Positions 8,327 through 15,755 of a stretch of DNA of 20,000 bases are shown here, in pieces (the first letter of the stretch is position 1; every line of letters begins with the position of its first letter). The notes beneath the pieces were generated by a model. It was not told where the DNA came from. It did not search any database and was given only the letters and a program-made list of their open reading frames with translations. The stretch comes from an uncultured virus (IMG/VR IMGVR_UViG_3300027754_000076) (lineage: Duplodnaviria; Heunggongvirae; Uroviricota; Caudoviricetes), in IMG/VR virus record IMGVR_UViG_3300027754_000076, one strand, 5' to 3'. The position numbers were made by a program, and so were the translations under genes.

Positions 8327-9487
8327 TTAACCGAGGAGTATGGCGATGTGCTCGGGCTTGACGGCGAGGACACCCCACGCCGCGGCGACTTCATACCGGA
8401 CCTGCCGGTATTGCGGATACATGGAGATCTCCAGCGAGATGCCCGAGCGGGCATCGGTGACGACCTGACGGTCCATCGCCATGTCGCCGCTGGAGATGGC
8501 GGGCAGACGGGTGGCGAGCACGATGGCGTTGCGGGAGAAGCCCACGTTATGCGTGCCCGTCGCGGTGACGGTGATGGCGCGGGTGGCGACGCCCTGGGCC
8601 TTGAGCAGGCCGGGCGCGGCGAGGGTGATGGTGTCGCCCGAGGCCGGATTCGCACCCGCGAACGAGACCGAGGTGACGACATACTTGTTCGTATCGTTGG
8701 CGAACGTGATCACGTCACCAGCGGCGACCACGCCGGTGCCGGCGGTCGCGAGGGGGATGACGGTCTGGCCGACCGTGAAGGCGGCGGAGGTGGACGTGGC
8801 GCTCGCCATCGTGCCGCCCGTGAAGCTGGCGACCGCGGCGGATTCCTTGATGGAGAAGCCGTGAACATTCAGCAGCTCGCCGTCCCGGAGGGTGAGCGTG
8901 CTTCCGGATTCGTTGACGTTCGTGAGCTGCGTCAGCGAACGCAGCGCGGCGCCGGCCGTGGTGTCGATAACCAGTGAACGCGAGCCCATCGGAGCGCCGT
9001 TGTCGGTCAGGATCTTCCCGATCTGGGCGGTGAAGGCCAGCTTGTTGGTGCTGTCAAACGGCGTCGTTCCGGCCGTGCCGTAAGCGCGGGACGCGGCGAC
9101 GTGGGCCGCGGTCCAGATGTCGGATTCCATCTGGTTGATGATGGCGCGGATGGCCTGCTCGATCTTGTCGCTGGCCATGTTGCCATACGCGGACCCGAGC
9201 GCCTTTTCCTCTTCGCCGGTGAAATAAAAGGAACTGTCCTTGTAGTTCGAGATGGTCAGCGACTTGCTGGCCATGGTCGCATCGCTCGCGCTGGGCGGAT
9301 AGGCGCCGGGCGTGATCGTTTCGAGCGAGGCCGCGGGCGCGGCCCAGGAGTAGAGCGTCTGGCCTTTGGCCACGCGGTCGGCGGTGGCGTCACGGGTGAC
9401 ACCGGGGAGGAAGCCGACGGCCTCGCGAGAGACCAAGTCGAGCCCCTGCACCACGGTGGGGATGAGGTTTGTGAGTGTATTTGCCAT
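8327..9487 (-). CDS. Major capsid protein (P22 coat/Gp5-like family, with insertion domain; 386 aa)
   Basis: MANTLTNLIP...LDLVSRE start; C-terminal WGVLAVKPEHIAILLG; follows protease and scaffold; followed by a terminator. Confidence 0.88.
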   Translation of the reverse strand: MANTLTNLIPTVVQGLDLVSREAVGFLPGVTRDATADRVAKGQTLYSWAAPAASLETITPGAYPPSASDATMASKSLTISNYKDSSFYFTGEEEKALGSAYGNMASDKIEQAIRAIINQMESDIWTAAHVAASRAYGTAGTTPFDSTNKLAFTAQIGKILTDNGAPMGSRSLVIDTTAGAALRSLTQLTNVNESGSTLTLRDGELLNVHGFSIKESAAVASFTGGTMASATSTSAAFTVGQTVIPLATAGTGVVAAGDVITFANDTNKYVVTSVSFAGANPASGDTITLAAPGLLKAQGVATRAITVTATGTHNVGFSRNAIVLATRLPAISSGDMAMDRQVVTDARSGISLEISMYPQYRQVRYEVAAAWGVLAVKPEHIAILLG

Positions 9488-9513
9488 AAGGGGAGCGGAT
9501 CAGGTTGGGGACG

Positions 9514-9975
9514 TTATTCGGTGAGCCGTCCGTTGCGTTTGCAGAACGCGAGCTGGTCGGCGGGGGAGAGGGATTTGAACTCGGCGAACGAGAGCACGGC
9601 GGCCGCGGCGGGTCCGGCGGGCGGCGCGCCGGCGGGGAGCGGGGCGATGCCGTGGCCGGCGAGCTGCTCGGCGGCGAGGCGGCTGGTGCGCTCGGTGATC
9701 GCCGTGGTGAGATGGGTGGCGTCACCGGCAACCAAGTCGGCATTCAGCCCGGCTGCGAGCAGCCCGGTTTCCAGCGCGGACAGGCGCGCGGTGACGGTTT
9801 GAAGATGTTCCGCGGCGACCGGGTCGGCGGCGACCGCTTCGAGGGCGTCGCGGAGGAAATTGGGATTGCGCGCTTCGAGCGCGACGGCAAAGGCGGATTC
9901 ATCGACGCCGGCGGCGGCAAGGGCGGCGAGCGCGAATTGTTCGCGGGCGGAGGGGCCGAAAGAAAAGAGCTTCAT
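9514..9975 (-). CDS. Putative scaffold/head assembly protein (153 aa)
   Basis: Ala-rich and helical, between protease and capsid; C-terminal EFKSLSPADQLAFCKRNG pattern. Confidence 0.55.
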   Translation of the reverse strand: MKLFSFGPSAREQFALAALAAAGVDESAFAVALEARNPNFLRDALEAVAADPVAAEHLQTVTARLSALETGLLAAGLNADLVAGDATHLTTAITERTSRLAAEQLAGHGIAPLPAGAPPAGPAAAAVLSFAEFKSLSPADQLAFCKRNGRLTE

Positions 9976-9976
9976 T

Positions 9977-10007
9977 CTTAATGATCAGTTGCGGGCGTAT
10001 AGGGTCG
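9977..10007 (-). promoter_or_regulatory. Conserved upstream motif copy 3 (box lies in the 3' end of the protease CDS)
   Basis: cttaa at 9977 and gtatagggtcg at 9997-10007; upstream of scaffold and capsid. Confidence 0.6.
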
Positions 10008-10824
10008 CGGCTTTTGCGGCCTGAATGCGGGCCAGAAACTCGGCGCGGCCGGAGACCACGCCATCCACCAGCCCGGCGGTGAGGGCTTCGGCTCCGAGGA
10101 AGCCCTGACCTTGCATGGTGTCGCGGGATACCTGCGGGCGGAGGGCGTTGACATCCTGGGCAAACATTTCGTAGAGCGAGTCCACGCGGCTTTGGATCTG
10201 CGCGCGGTCGGTGTCGGAGAGCGGCAGGCCGGCGATGCCCGCGGCCTTGAACGTGCCGGCCTTCATGAGTTCGAGCTTGAGCCCTTCGTTGGCCCAGGCG
10301 CCGGACTCATCGACGAGCGCGCAATAGACACCGATGCTGCCAAGCTCGGCGCTTGGCGTGCAGGCGATCTGCGAACAGGAGGCCGCGAGCCAGTAGGCGG
10401 CGGAGCAGCACATGGAATCGGTGAAGGCGACCACGTGCTTGATCTGGCCGGCGGCGCGCAACATCGCGGCGGCTTCCGGGATTCCGGTGGTGACGCCGCC
10501 GGGACTGTTGAAATCGAGCGCGAGGCATTGCACCGCGGGATCGGCGAGGGCGGCGGCGACTTGGGCTCCTAGTGTGTCGAGATCGTAACCGCCACACGCC
10601 ATCTCCATCAGGGAGAGGTGCTGTCCGATGATGCCCCAGACGGGGATCAGGGCGACGCCGTCGCGGATTTCGTAACCGGGCGCGGCGGGGGCGGATTCGG
10701 CGGGGAGATCGGCGCGGGGAGATTCGAGATGCGCCCGCAGGGTGGCGGTGATGGCGCCGAGCGTCGTGGGGCGGACGGCCCAGATGGAGCCCGCCACGGC
10801 GGCAAGGATGTGCGGATAGCGCAT
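9985..10824 (-). CDS. S49-family (SppA/lambda C-like) head maturation protease (279 aa)
   Basis: Motifs NSPGG, CSAAYWLAAS (catalytic Ser), GSIGV, AGTFK, GLVDGV. Confidence 0.93.
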   Translation of the reverse strand: MRYPHILAAVAGSIWAVRPTTLGAITATLRAHLESPRADLPAESAPAAPGYEIRDGVALIPVWGIIGQHLSLMEMACGGYDLDTLGAQVAAALADPAVQCLALDFNSPGGVTTGIPEAAAMLRAAGQIKHVVAFTDSMCCSAAYWLAASCSQIACTPSAELGSIGVYCALVDESGAWANEGLKLELMKAGTFKAAGIAGLPLSDTDRAQIQSRVDSLYEMFAQDVNALRPQVSRDTMQGQGFLGAEALTAGLVDGVVSGRAEFLARIQAAKAATLYARN

Positions 10825-10834
10825 ACCCGATGCG

Positions 10835-10853
10835 CGGTGCGTATAGGGTCGGG
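10835..10853 (-). promoter_or_regulatory. Conserved upstream motif copy 4
   Basis: gtatagggtcggg at 10841-10853; 17 nt from the ATG at 10824; no TTAAG. Confidence 0.6.
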
Positions 10854-10860
10854 GGAAGGG

Positions 10861-10892
10861 GGAAGTAATCAGTGATCAGTATTCAGTGATCA
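10861..10892. repeat. Heptamer tandem array
   Basis: ggaagtaatcagtgatcagtattcagtgatca; provides the TGA stop at 10890. Confidence 0.85.
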
Positions 10893-11378
10893 GGGGAAGA
10901 GGGAGGTGATGGCGGCGTGGAGGTCGGCGAGGGTGCCGGTGTTGCCGACGGTGTAATCAAGGAAGCCAAAGCCGCGGAGGCAGGCCAGGGCGGCGGCTTC
11001 CTCGGGCTCGGCGGGGCGCAGGCCGGGGCGGTGGATCTCGACAATCACGCCGCCCAGGGCGCGCCATTGCTTCGCCTCGCGGATTCGCAGCAGGCGGGTG
11101 TTGACGCAGCGCGGGGGCAGATTGCCGAAGAAGCGGCGTTCGACCTCGTCGTAAAATACGTCGCCGCCGTGGACGAGCAGCGGGCGGATCCGCTCCTTGT
11201 CAGGCCGATGCTCGGTGAAGGCGGAGAAGCCGAGCAGCTCGCGGCATTGGGCGTCAAAGATGCCTTTGATGACATCGCCGAAGCACGCGCGCTGATAGCC
11301 GCGGGCGAGCAGGGGTTGCGCGGAGGAATCCTTGCCGCAGCCGGCGAGGCCGGTGAAGGCGATGCGGGAGGAGGTCAT
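10890..11378 (-). CDS. Deoxynucleoside monophosphate kinase-like P-loop protein (162 aa)
   Basis: IAFTGLAGCGKDS Walker A, FGDVIK, RPLLVHGG, GGVIVEIHRPG, NTGTLADL: pattern of phage dNMP kinases. Confidence 0.8.
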   Translation of the reverse strand: MTSSRIAFTGLAGCGKDSSAQPLLARGYQRACFGDVIKGIFDAQCRELLGFSAFTEHRPDKERIRPLLVHGGDVFYDEVERRFFGNLPPRCVNTRLLRIREAKQWRALGGVIVEIHRPGLRPAEPEEAAALACLRGFGFLDYTVGNTGTLADLHAAITSLFP

Positions 11379-11384
11379 GGGCGG

Positions 11385-11412
11385 GAAGAAGTGATCAGTA
11401 ATCAGTGATCAG
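11385..11412. repeat. Heptamer tandem array
   Basis: gaagaagtgatcagtaatcagtgatcag; provides the ssb stop codon. Confidence 0.85.
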
Positions 11413-11813
11413 AAGGGGATTTGGCCGGGCACGGCGGCGGGCTTGTTAGTCGCTGTCGGGGCGGGTGTGCTGTCGCCGCGGCCGGCTTCGAGGAAGGAAA
11501 AGGATTCGAGCACCACGCCGAGGCGGGACTTTTTTTGGGCGGTGGCCCGGTCCTCCCACTGGTCGAGTTTCAGCCGCCCTTCGACGAGGATGCCGCGGCC
11601 TTTGCTGAAATACTTGGCGATGGTCTCGGCCTGTTTGCCGAAGGCGTCCACATCCACAAAGGTGACTTCTTCGCGCTTCTGGCCGTCTTCGGTGGTCCAG
11701 TTGCGGTTGATCGCCAGGGCGAGCTTGGTGACGGCGTTGCCGCTGGGCAGGTGGCGGAGTTCGGGGTCGCGGGTGAGGTTGCCGGCGAGGACGACGAGAT
11801 TAAAGGAGGGCAT
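11409..11813 (-). CDS. ssb: Single-stranded DNA-binding protein (134 aa)
   Basis: FNLVVLAGNLTRDPELR, FVDVDAFGKQAE, VEGRLKLDQW, C-terminal IPF. Confidence 0.97.
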   Translation of the reverse strand: MPSFNLVVLAGNLTRDPELRHLPSGNAVTKLALAINRNWTTEDGQKREEVTFVDVDAFGKQAETIAKYFSKGRGILVEGRLKLDQWEDRATAQKKSRLGVVLESFSFLEAGRGDSTPAPTATNKPAAVPGQIPF

Positions 11814-11823
11814 GCGGGGGAAA

Positions 11824-11856
11824 GAAGTAATCAGTGGTCAGTGGTCAGTGATCAGT
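11824..11856. repeat. Heptamer tandem array
   Basis: gaagtaatcagtggtcagtggtcagtgatcagt. Confidence 0.85.
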
Positions 11857-11869
11857 CGGGACGTGCTGT

Positions 11870-12058
11870 TTACAGGCCACTTCTCCGCTTCGTTTCCGAG
11901 TCTGTAAGCCCAGAGAGGTAGCCGACGGTCCAGATCCGAAACTGCCATTCGGCCAATGAGTCACCCGGGGTCGGCTCAATTCCGGTCAGCGCCTTTATCG
12001 CGGCCGAAAATCGAGCCCACGCGGGGCGGGGTTGGATTTGGTTTTGGTTTTCTTCCAT
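11870..12058 (-). CDS. Hypothetical protein (62 aa, MEENQNQIQ...)
   Basis: ATG at 12058, 7 nt after the upstream stop; the longer track ORF 11870..12304 overlaps another gene. Confidence 0.55.
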   Translation of the reverse strand: MEENQNQIQPRPAWARFSAAIKALTGIEPTPGDSLAEWQFRIWTVGYLSGLTDSETKRRSGL

Positions 12059-12065
12059 AAAATAA

Positions 12066-12320
12066 TCAGTAATCGGTGATGAGGAGGTGGCGGGATTTGG
12101 TTTTTTTCTTGGGGCGATAGTGGGGCGTGGGATAGTTGCCGCGGGCGGTGGTGACGGGGAACATCCGGCGCTCCCATGTGCCAGCGGCCACGCATTGGCT
12201 GAGCAGGTGGTTGCAGTAGGCACGGCGGAGATTTTCGGCGGTGCAGATTTGGGCGGCGGTTTTCCAGCCGTCGCCGGGGGGCGTGGCGGGCGGCGGGGCG
12301 GCATCGGTGCGGAGGCTCAT
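12066..12320 (-). CDS. Small basic protein, possible winged-HTH (84 aa)
   Basis: ATGA-coupled to the metallophosphoesterase stop; GWKTAAQI...LLSQCVAAGTWERR...PHYR. Confidence 0.6.
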   Translation of the reverse strand: MSLRTDAAPPPATPPGDGWKTAAQICTAENLRRAYCNHLLSQCVAAGTWERRMFPVTTARGNYPTPHYRPKKKTKSRHLLITDY

Positions 12321-13264
12321 CGGTGGAAGAGGGCGCCGCCGAAGCTGACGCCGTTTTCAATGGAGACGTTGACCATCTGGAATTGGCCGCCGGCGGCGAT
12401 GAAGCGCACCAGGTAGCCGTGGGTCCAGCCGGTGGGGCGGGTGTTGCACCAGAGGGGCTGGCGCTTGCAGAGGCAACCGGGATTCCACGCGGCGATCAGG
12501 CCGATGCCGGGGAGGTTGCGCGGCTGGAAATCGGCGCGATGGGTGTCGAAGAAAACGACGTTCGCGGCGGTCTGGCCGAGGGCCACGTCGGCGGCGTTGC
12601 GGGCGTTGTTCAGTTTATGGACGTAGTTGAGTCCGTCGAGTTTCACCCAGCCGGGCACGCGGCAATTGCCGTGGTGTTCCCCTTGGCGATAGTAGGTGAT
12701 GCCGCGGGCTTTGAGATCGAGGACGAATTCAGGGGCGAAGGTGCGGCGCAACATCTCGGTGTCGCGATGGTGGGCGAGGCGTTGGGTGACGGCCCAGCGT
12801 TCGACACGCCATTCGTGGTTGCCTTCGAGGTAGTGGATTTTTGCGCGCGGCGCGGCGGACTGGATGCGGTTCAGTATCTCGCGGGTGGCGGCGATGTCGG
12901 TCTCGTAGCTGTCCTCGGTCTCGGCGACATAGCCCAGGGTGTGGTGCTCGGCGAGGAAGCCGCCGCAGTCGATGATGTCGCCACCGAGGAAGACGCGGTC
13001 GGGGTTGATGTCCTTGAGATCGAGCAGGAAGGCGGCGAGGGCGGCGGGATCGTGCTTGTTGCCGTGGATGTCGGAGACGATGACCTCCACCCGGTCACCG
13101 CGAAGGCGGGGCGCGGGGCGGGCGGCGGCGAGCAGGTGGCCGGCCTTGACGAGCCGGGCGCGGGTGAGGGCGTCGATGGCGGTATCGCGCTGGCGGGTGA
13201 GGGCGAGGACTTCCCGGCGCGACTGGCGCTGGGCATGGGCCGCGGCGGCGTGGGTGAGTTTCAT
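12317..13264 (-). CDS. Calcineurin-like metallophosphoesterase (315 aa)
   Basis: Motifs SDIHG, GGDIID, EGNHE, YVH, FDTHR, plus NPGCLC as seen in phage members. Confidence 0.9.
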   Translation of the reverse strand: MKLTHAAAAHAQRQSRREVLALTRQRDTAIDALTRARLVKAGHLLAAARPAPRLRGDRVEVIVSDIHGNKHDPAALAAFLLDLKDINPDRVFLGGDIIDCGGFLAEHHTLGYVAETEDSYETDIAATREILNRIQSAAPRAKIHYLEGNHEWRVERWAVTQRLAHHRDTEMLRRTFAPEFVLDLKARGITYYRQGEHHGNCRVPGWVKLDGLNYVHKLNNARNAADVALGQTAANVVFFDTHRADFQPRNLPGIGLIAAWNPGCLCKRQPLWCNTRPTGWTHGYLVRFIAAGGQFQMVNVSIENGVSFGGALFHR

Positions 13265-13492
13265 TCAGTCGCGCGGGCGCTTGGAACGGAAGGAGCGGAA
13301 GAGGCTTTCGACGGCATCATCTCGCTCGGTGAAGGCGGCGCGGGGCGGGGGCACGCCGACGTGCTGGCCGACGGCGTAAACCTCATTGATCAACTGGCGC
13401 AGCTTGGCGGCGGAGAGGGTGATGCTCTCGGCGGGGTGGCGCAGCTTGGGGTTGCGCGCACAGTAGGCTTCCCAAATGTCGTCTGTGGTCAT
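13265..13492 (-). CDS. Hypothetical protein (75 aa)
   Basis: Stop abuts the next ATG; first gene after motif copy 5. Confidence 0.65.
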   Translation of the reverse strand: MTTDDIWEAYCARNPKLRHPAESITLSAAKLRQLINEVYAVGQHVGVPPPRAAFTERDDAVESLFRSFRSKRPRD

Positions 13493-13521
13493 GGTAGAAA
13501 AAACGTTCAGAGCGCGGGCCG

Positions 13522-13553
13522 CTTAACCGGAGCGGCGGGCGTATAGGGCCGGG
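13522..13553 (-). promoter_or_regulatory. Conserved upstream motif copy 5
   Basis: cttaa at 13522 and gtatagggccggg at 13541-13553; same spacing as copies 1-2 although the ATG is 49 nt from the box. Confidence 0.65.
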
Positions 13554-13559
13554 GCGGGG

Positions 13560-13661
13560 AAAGAAGTAATCAGTGGTCAGTGATCAGTGGTCAGTGGTCA
13601 GTGCGGAACGTGACGACGGACTCTCGGGGCTACTGATCACTGATTACTGATTACTTCTTCC
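13560..13661. repeat. Heptamer array plus inverted array (hairpin) after the portal gene
   Basis: aagaagtaatcagtggtcagtgatcagt... / actgatcactgattactgattacttctt. Confidence 0.9.
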
Positions 13662-13665
13662 TCTC

Positions 13666-15285
13666 TCAGGCCGGTTCAGTGGGGGGCTGGCCGCGGGTGC
13701 GCGGGGGCGGGTCCAGTTCGTTGGAGTTGGAATCATCGGCAAACATGACGCTGGCCGGCTGGCTGGCGACGCCGGGGTTGTAGATGTGCGAGGCTTCGAC
13801 ACCTTCTTCGGTGGCGATGCGTTCGACGAGTTTCCACGTTTGCGCGTTGCGGCGCAGGAAGGTTTCGACATCGCCGTCGCCGGATTCGGTGACGTATTCG
13901 CTGAGGGATTTGATGCCCATCGCCAGATCCTGCCGGTTGTTGGCGGCATCACGGCCGACATCGACGCCGAAGGTGGCAGGCAGGCTGAAACCGATGTTGT
14001 CCCAATCGGCGGTGAAGGGGATGTCGCCGCGTTTCATGTAGCGGGCGACGGCGTAGAGGACGGCGCTGCGGAAGACGGCGGTGAGAATTTCCTGCCGGTT
14101 TTCGACGGCGCGTTTCACCTGGCCGACGAGGGCGCGGACGGAGGCGCCACCGATGCCGCGGAGGTCGTGCATCTCCAAAGGCCAATCGAGGCCGCGATGC
14201 GCGCTGCGGGCGATGTGATCCATGAAGCCCTCCCAATTTGCACCGGGGCGGGCGTCGCCCATGCTTTCGAGCTTGTGCCCGGAATTGGCGCGCATGTAGG
14301 CGATGGTGCCTTCCTCCATGATCCGTATGGAGGGATCGAGATCGGCGGCGCTGGGCGTGGTGCCGGCGGCATTGGCCGCGGCCATGGCGTCGCGGATCTG
14401 CCGGTCGGGCGTCTTGGCGAGGCCGGTGTCGTTATACTCCTGCATCATGATGCGGGAGCGGCCTTTTTGTCCGACCTTCTCGGCGCTGCGGATTTCGTTC
14501 AGGTCGAACCAGTCGAGGACGCCGTTGACGATGGTGGGCACGCCGCGGCCTTGGGAATAATATTCCGGGTCGTAGAGGTGCAGCACCGACGAGGCGGGCA
14601 CGAGGTTGGGCTCGGCATTCTGGGCGGCGTAGTTGGCCAGCTCTCGCGGGAGCAGGTTATAGGCGAGGGGTCGGTCAAATTCATCATAGACAACGCCGCT
14701 GAGAATGGTGCGCCCGGCGTAGGGACCGTCTTTGATGACGGTGTCGGCATTCGGGTTGCCGATGCGGTGCGATTCGAGGAATTGCAACCGGGGGCTGCCC
14801 TGTTCGCTTTCGGTGAGCACCAGGAAGGCGTCGCCATCGCGGTCGAGGGCCACGCTGGCGATCCACACGTCCTGCTGGAAATCGAAGGGCGCGCCGCGCA
14901 GATCGGCGTTGCGGCACCAGCGCGACATGACGGTCGTGAACGCAGTGCGGAAGGCTTCGTCGCTGCCGTAGTATTGCGGGGCGAAGGCGGTGCCGACGGA
15001 GTAGTTGGCCTTTTCACGGATGGCGCCGGACACCTGGCCGACGCGGGCATAGATCCAGCGGCCATCGCTGACCATGTCGCGTTGCTTATACTCGGGGACC
15101 AGCCGCGTGACATCGCGGGTGAGTTTGGGCCGGAAGTCGCGCTTGCCGTCATCCTGCGACCCGGGGTAAAGGCCGGCGGGGCGGCGGTAGTAGCCGCCGG
15201 GATAGCTCGCGGCGGCGACGACGGCGGGCGGTTTCGCCACGGCGGCGGGCTTGCGGGAACGGGCTTTGACGGCGGGGCGGCGCAT
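13666..15285 (-). CDS. Portal protein, lambda family (539 aa)
   Basis: DRDGDAF, LQFLESHRI, SGVVYDEFDRPLAY, VLHLYDP...QGRGVP, DVGRDA...DLAMGIKS; position after terminase and gpW. Confidence 0.92.
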   Translation of the reverse strand: MRRPAVKARSRKPAAVAKPPAVVAAASYPGGYYRRPAGLYPGSQDDGKRDFRPKLTRDVTRLVPEYKQRDMVSDGRWIYARVGQVSGAIREKANYSVGTAFAPQYYGSDEAFRTAFTTVMSRWCRNADLRGAPFDFQQDVWIASVALDRDGDAFLVLTESEQGSPRLQFLESHRIGNPNADTVIKDGPYAGRTILSGVVYDEFDRPLAYNLLPRELANYAAQNAEPNLVPASSVLHLYDPEYYSQGRGVPTIVNGVLDWFDLNEIRSAEKVGQKGRSRIMMQEYNDTGLAKTPDRQIRDAMAAANAAGTTPSAADLDPSIRIMEEGTIAYMRANSGHKLESMGDARPGANWEGFMDHIARSAHRGLDWPLEMHDLRGIGGASVRALVGQVKRAVENRQEILTAVFRSAVLYAVARYMKRGDIPFTADWDNIGFSLPATFGVDVGRDAANNRQDLAMGIKSLSEYVTESGDGDVETFLRRNAQTWKLVERIATEEGVEASHIYNPGVASQPASVMFADDSNSNELDPPPRTRGQPPTEPA

Positions 15286-15289
15286 GTTA

Positions 15290-15320
15290 GGAAGCAGGGA
15301 GCAGGGAGCAGGGAGCAGTC
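15290..15320. repeat. CAGGGAG heptamer array
   Basis: ggaagc agggagc agggagc agggagc agtc. Confidence 0.85.
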
Positions 15321-15321
15321 A

Positions 15322-15630
15322 TCATGGGTAGCCGAGGGCGGTGACTTCGGGCGAGACGGCGACTTGTTCGGAGCTGGTCAGCGGGACGGTGACATCGACC
15401 CAGGCAAGGGCTTGCAGGAGTTCGGCGATTTCGGATTCAAGGCTTTTCCCATTGTTGGTGTAACCGAATGACCGGCCGTTGACGCTGGCGGAATTGAGCG
15501 CGCCACTGGCGCCGCCGACCGCCGCGAGCTTGGCCGCGGTGAGGATCGCCAGTTTGGCGTTGAGCTGCGCGGCCGTGCAGCCGAAATACGGACCATAAGG
15601 GACAGTGGCATACGCCGTCAGTGTGGCCAT
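15322..15630 (-). CDS. gpW-like head completion protein (102 aa)
   Basis: Between terminase and portal; helix - SASVNGRSFGY hairpin - helix pattern. Confidence 0.6.
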   Translation of the reverse strand: MATLTAYATVPYGPYFGCTAAQLNAKLAILTAAKLAAVGGASGALNSASVNGRSFGYTNNGKSLESEIAELLQALAWVDVTVPLTSSEQVAVSPEVTALGYP

Positions 15631-15642
15631 CTACCGAAAGGG

Positions 15643-15660
15643 GCGGGCGTATAGGGTCGG
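15643..15660 (-). promoter_or_regulatory. Conserved upstream motif copy 6
   Basis: gcgggcgtatagggtcgg; box edge (15649) is 19 nt from the ATG at 15630. Confidence 0.6.
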
Positions 15661-15673
15661 AGCCGGGGGGGGG

Positions 15674-15754
15674 AGAAGTAATCAGTGATCAGTGATCAGT
15701 AATCAGTGATCAGTGGGCTTACTGAATACTGAATACTGAATACTGAATACTTCC
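15674..15754. repeat. Heptamer array plus inverted (ACTGAAT)4 array (hairpin) after the terminase gene
   Basis: agaagtaatcagtgatcagtgatcagtaatcagtgatcagt / actgaatactgaatactgaatactgaatacttcc. Confidence 0.9.
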
Positions 15755-15755
15755 C

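Noticed and set aside
11870..12304. 144-aa ORF as annotated in the track
   Set aside because: The 5' part is a Pro-rich alternative frame over the 84-aa gene; only 11870-12058 is retained.
12323..13546. 407-aa plus-strand ORF
   Set aside because: Antisense shadow of the metallophosphoesterase gene.
13786..15471. 561-aa plus-strand ORF
   Set aside because: Antisense shadow of the portal gene.
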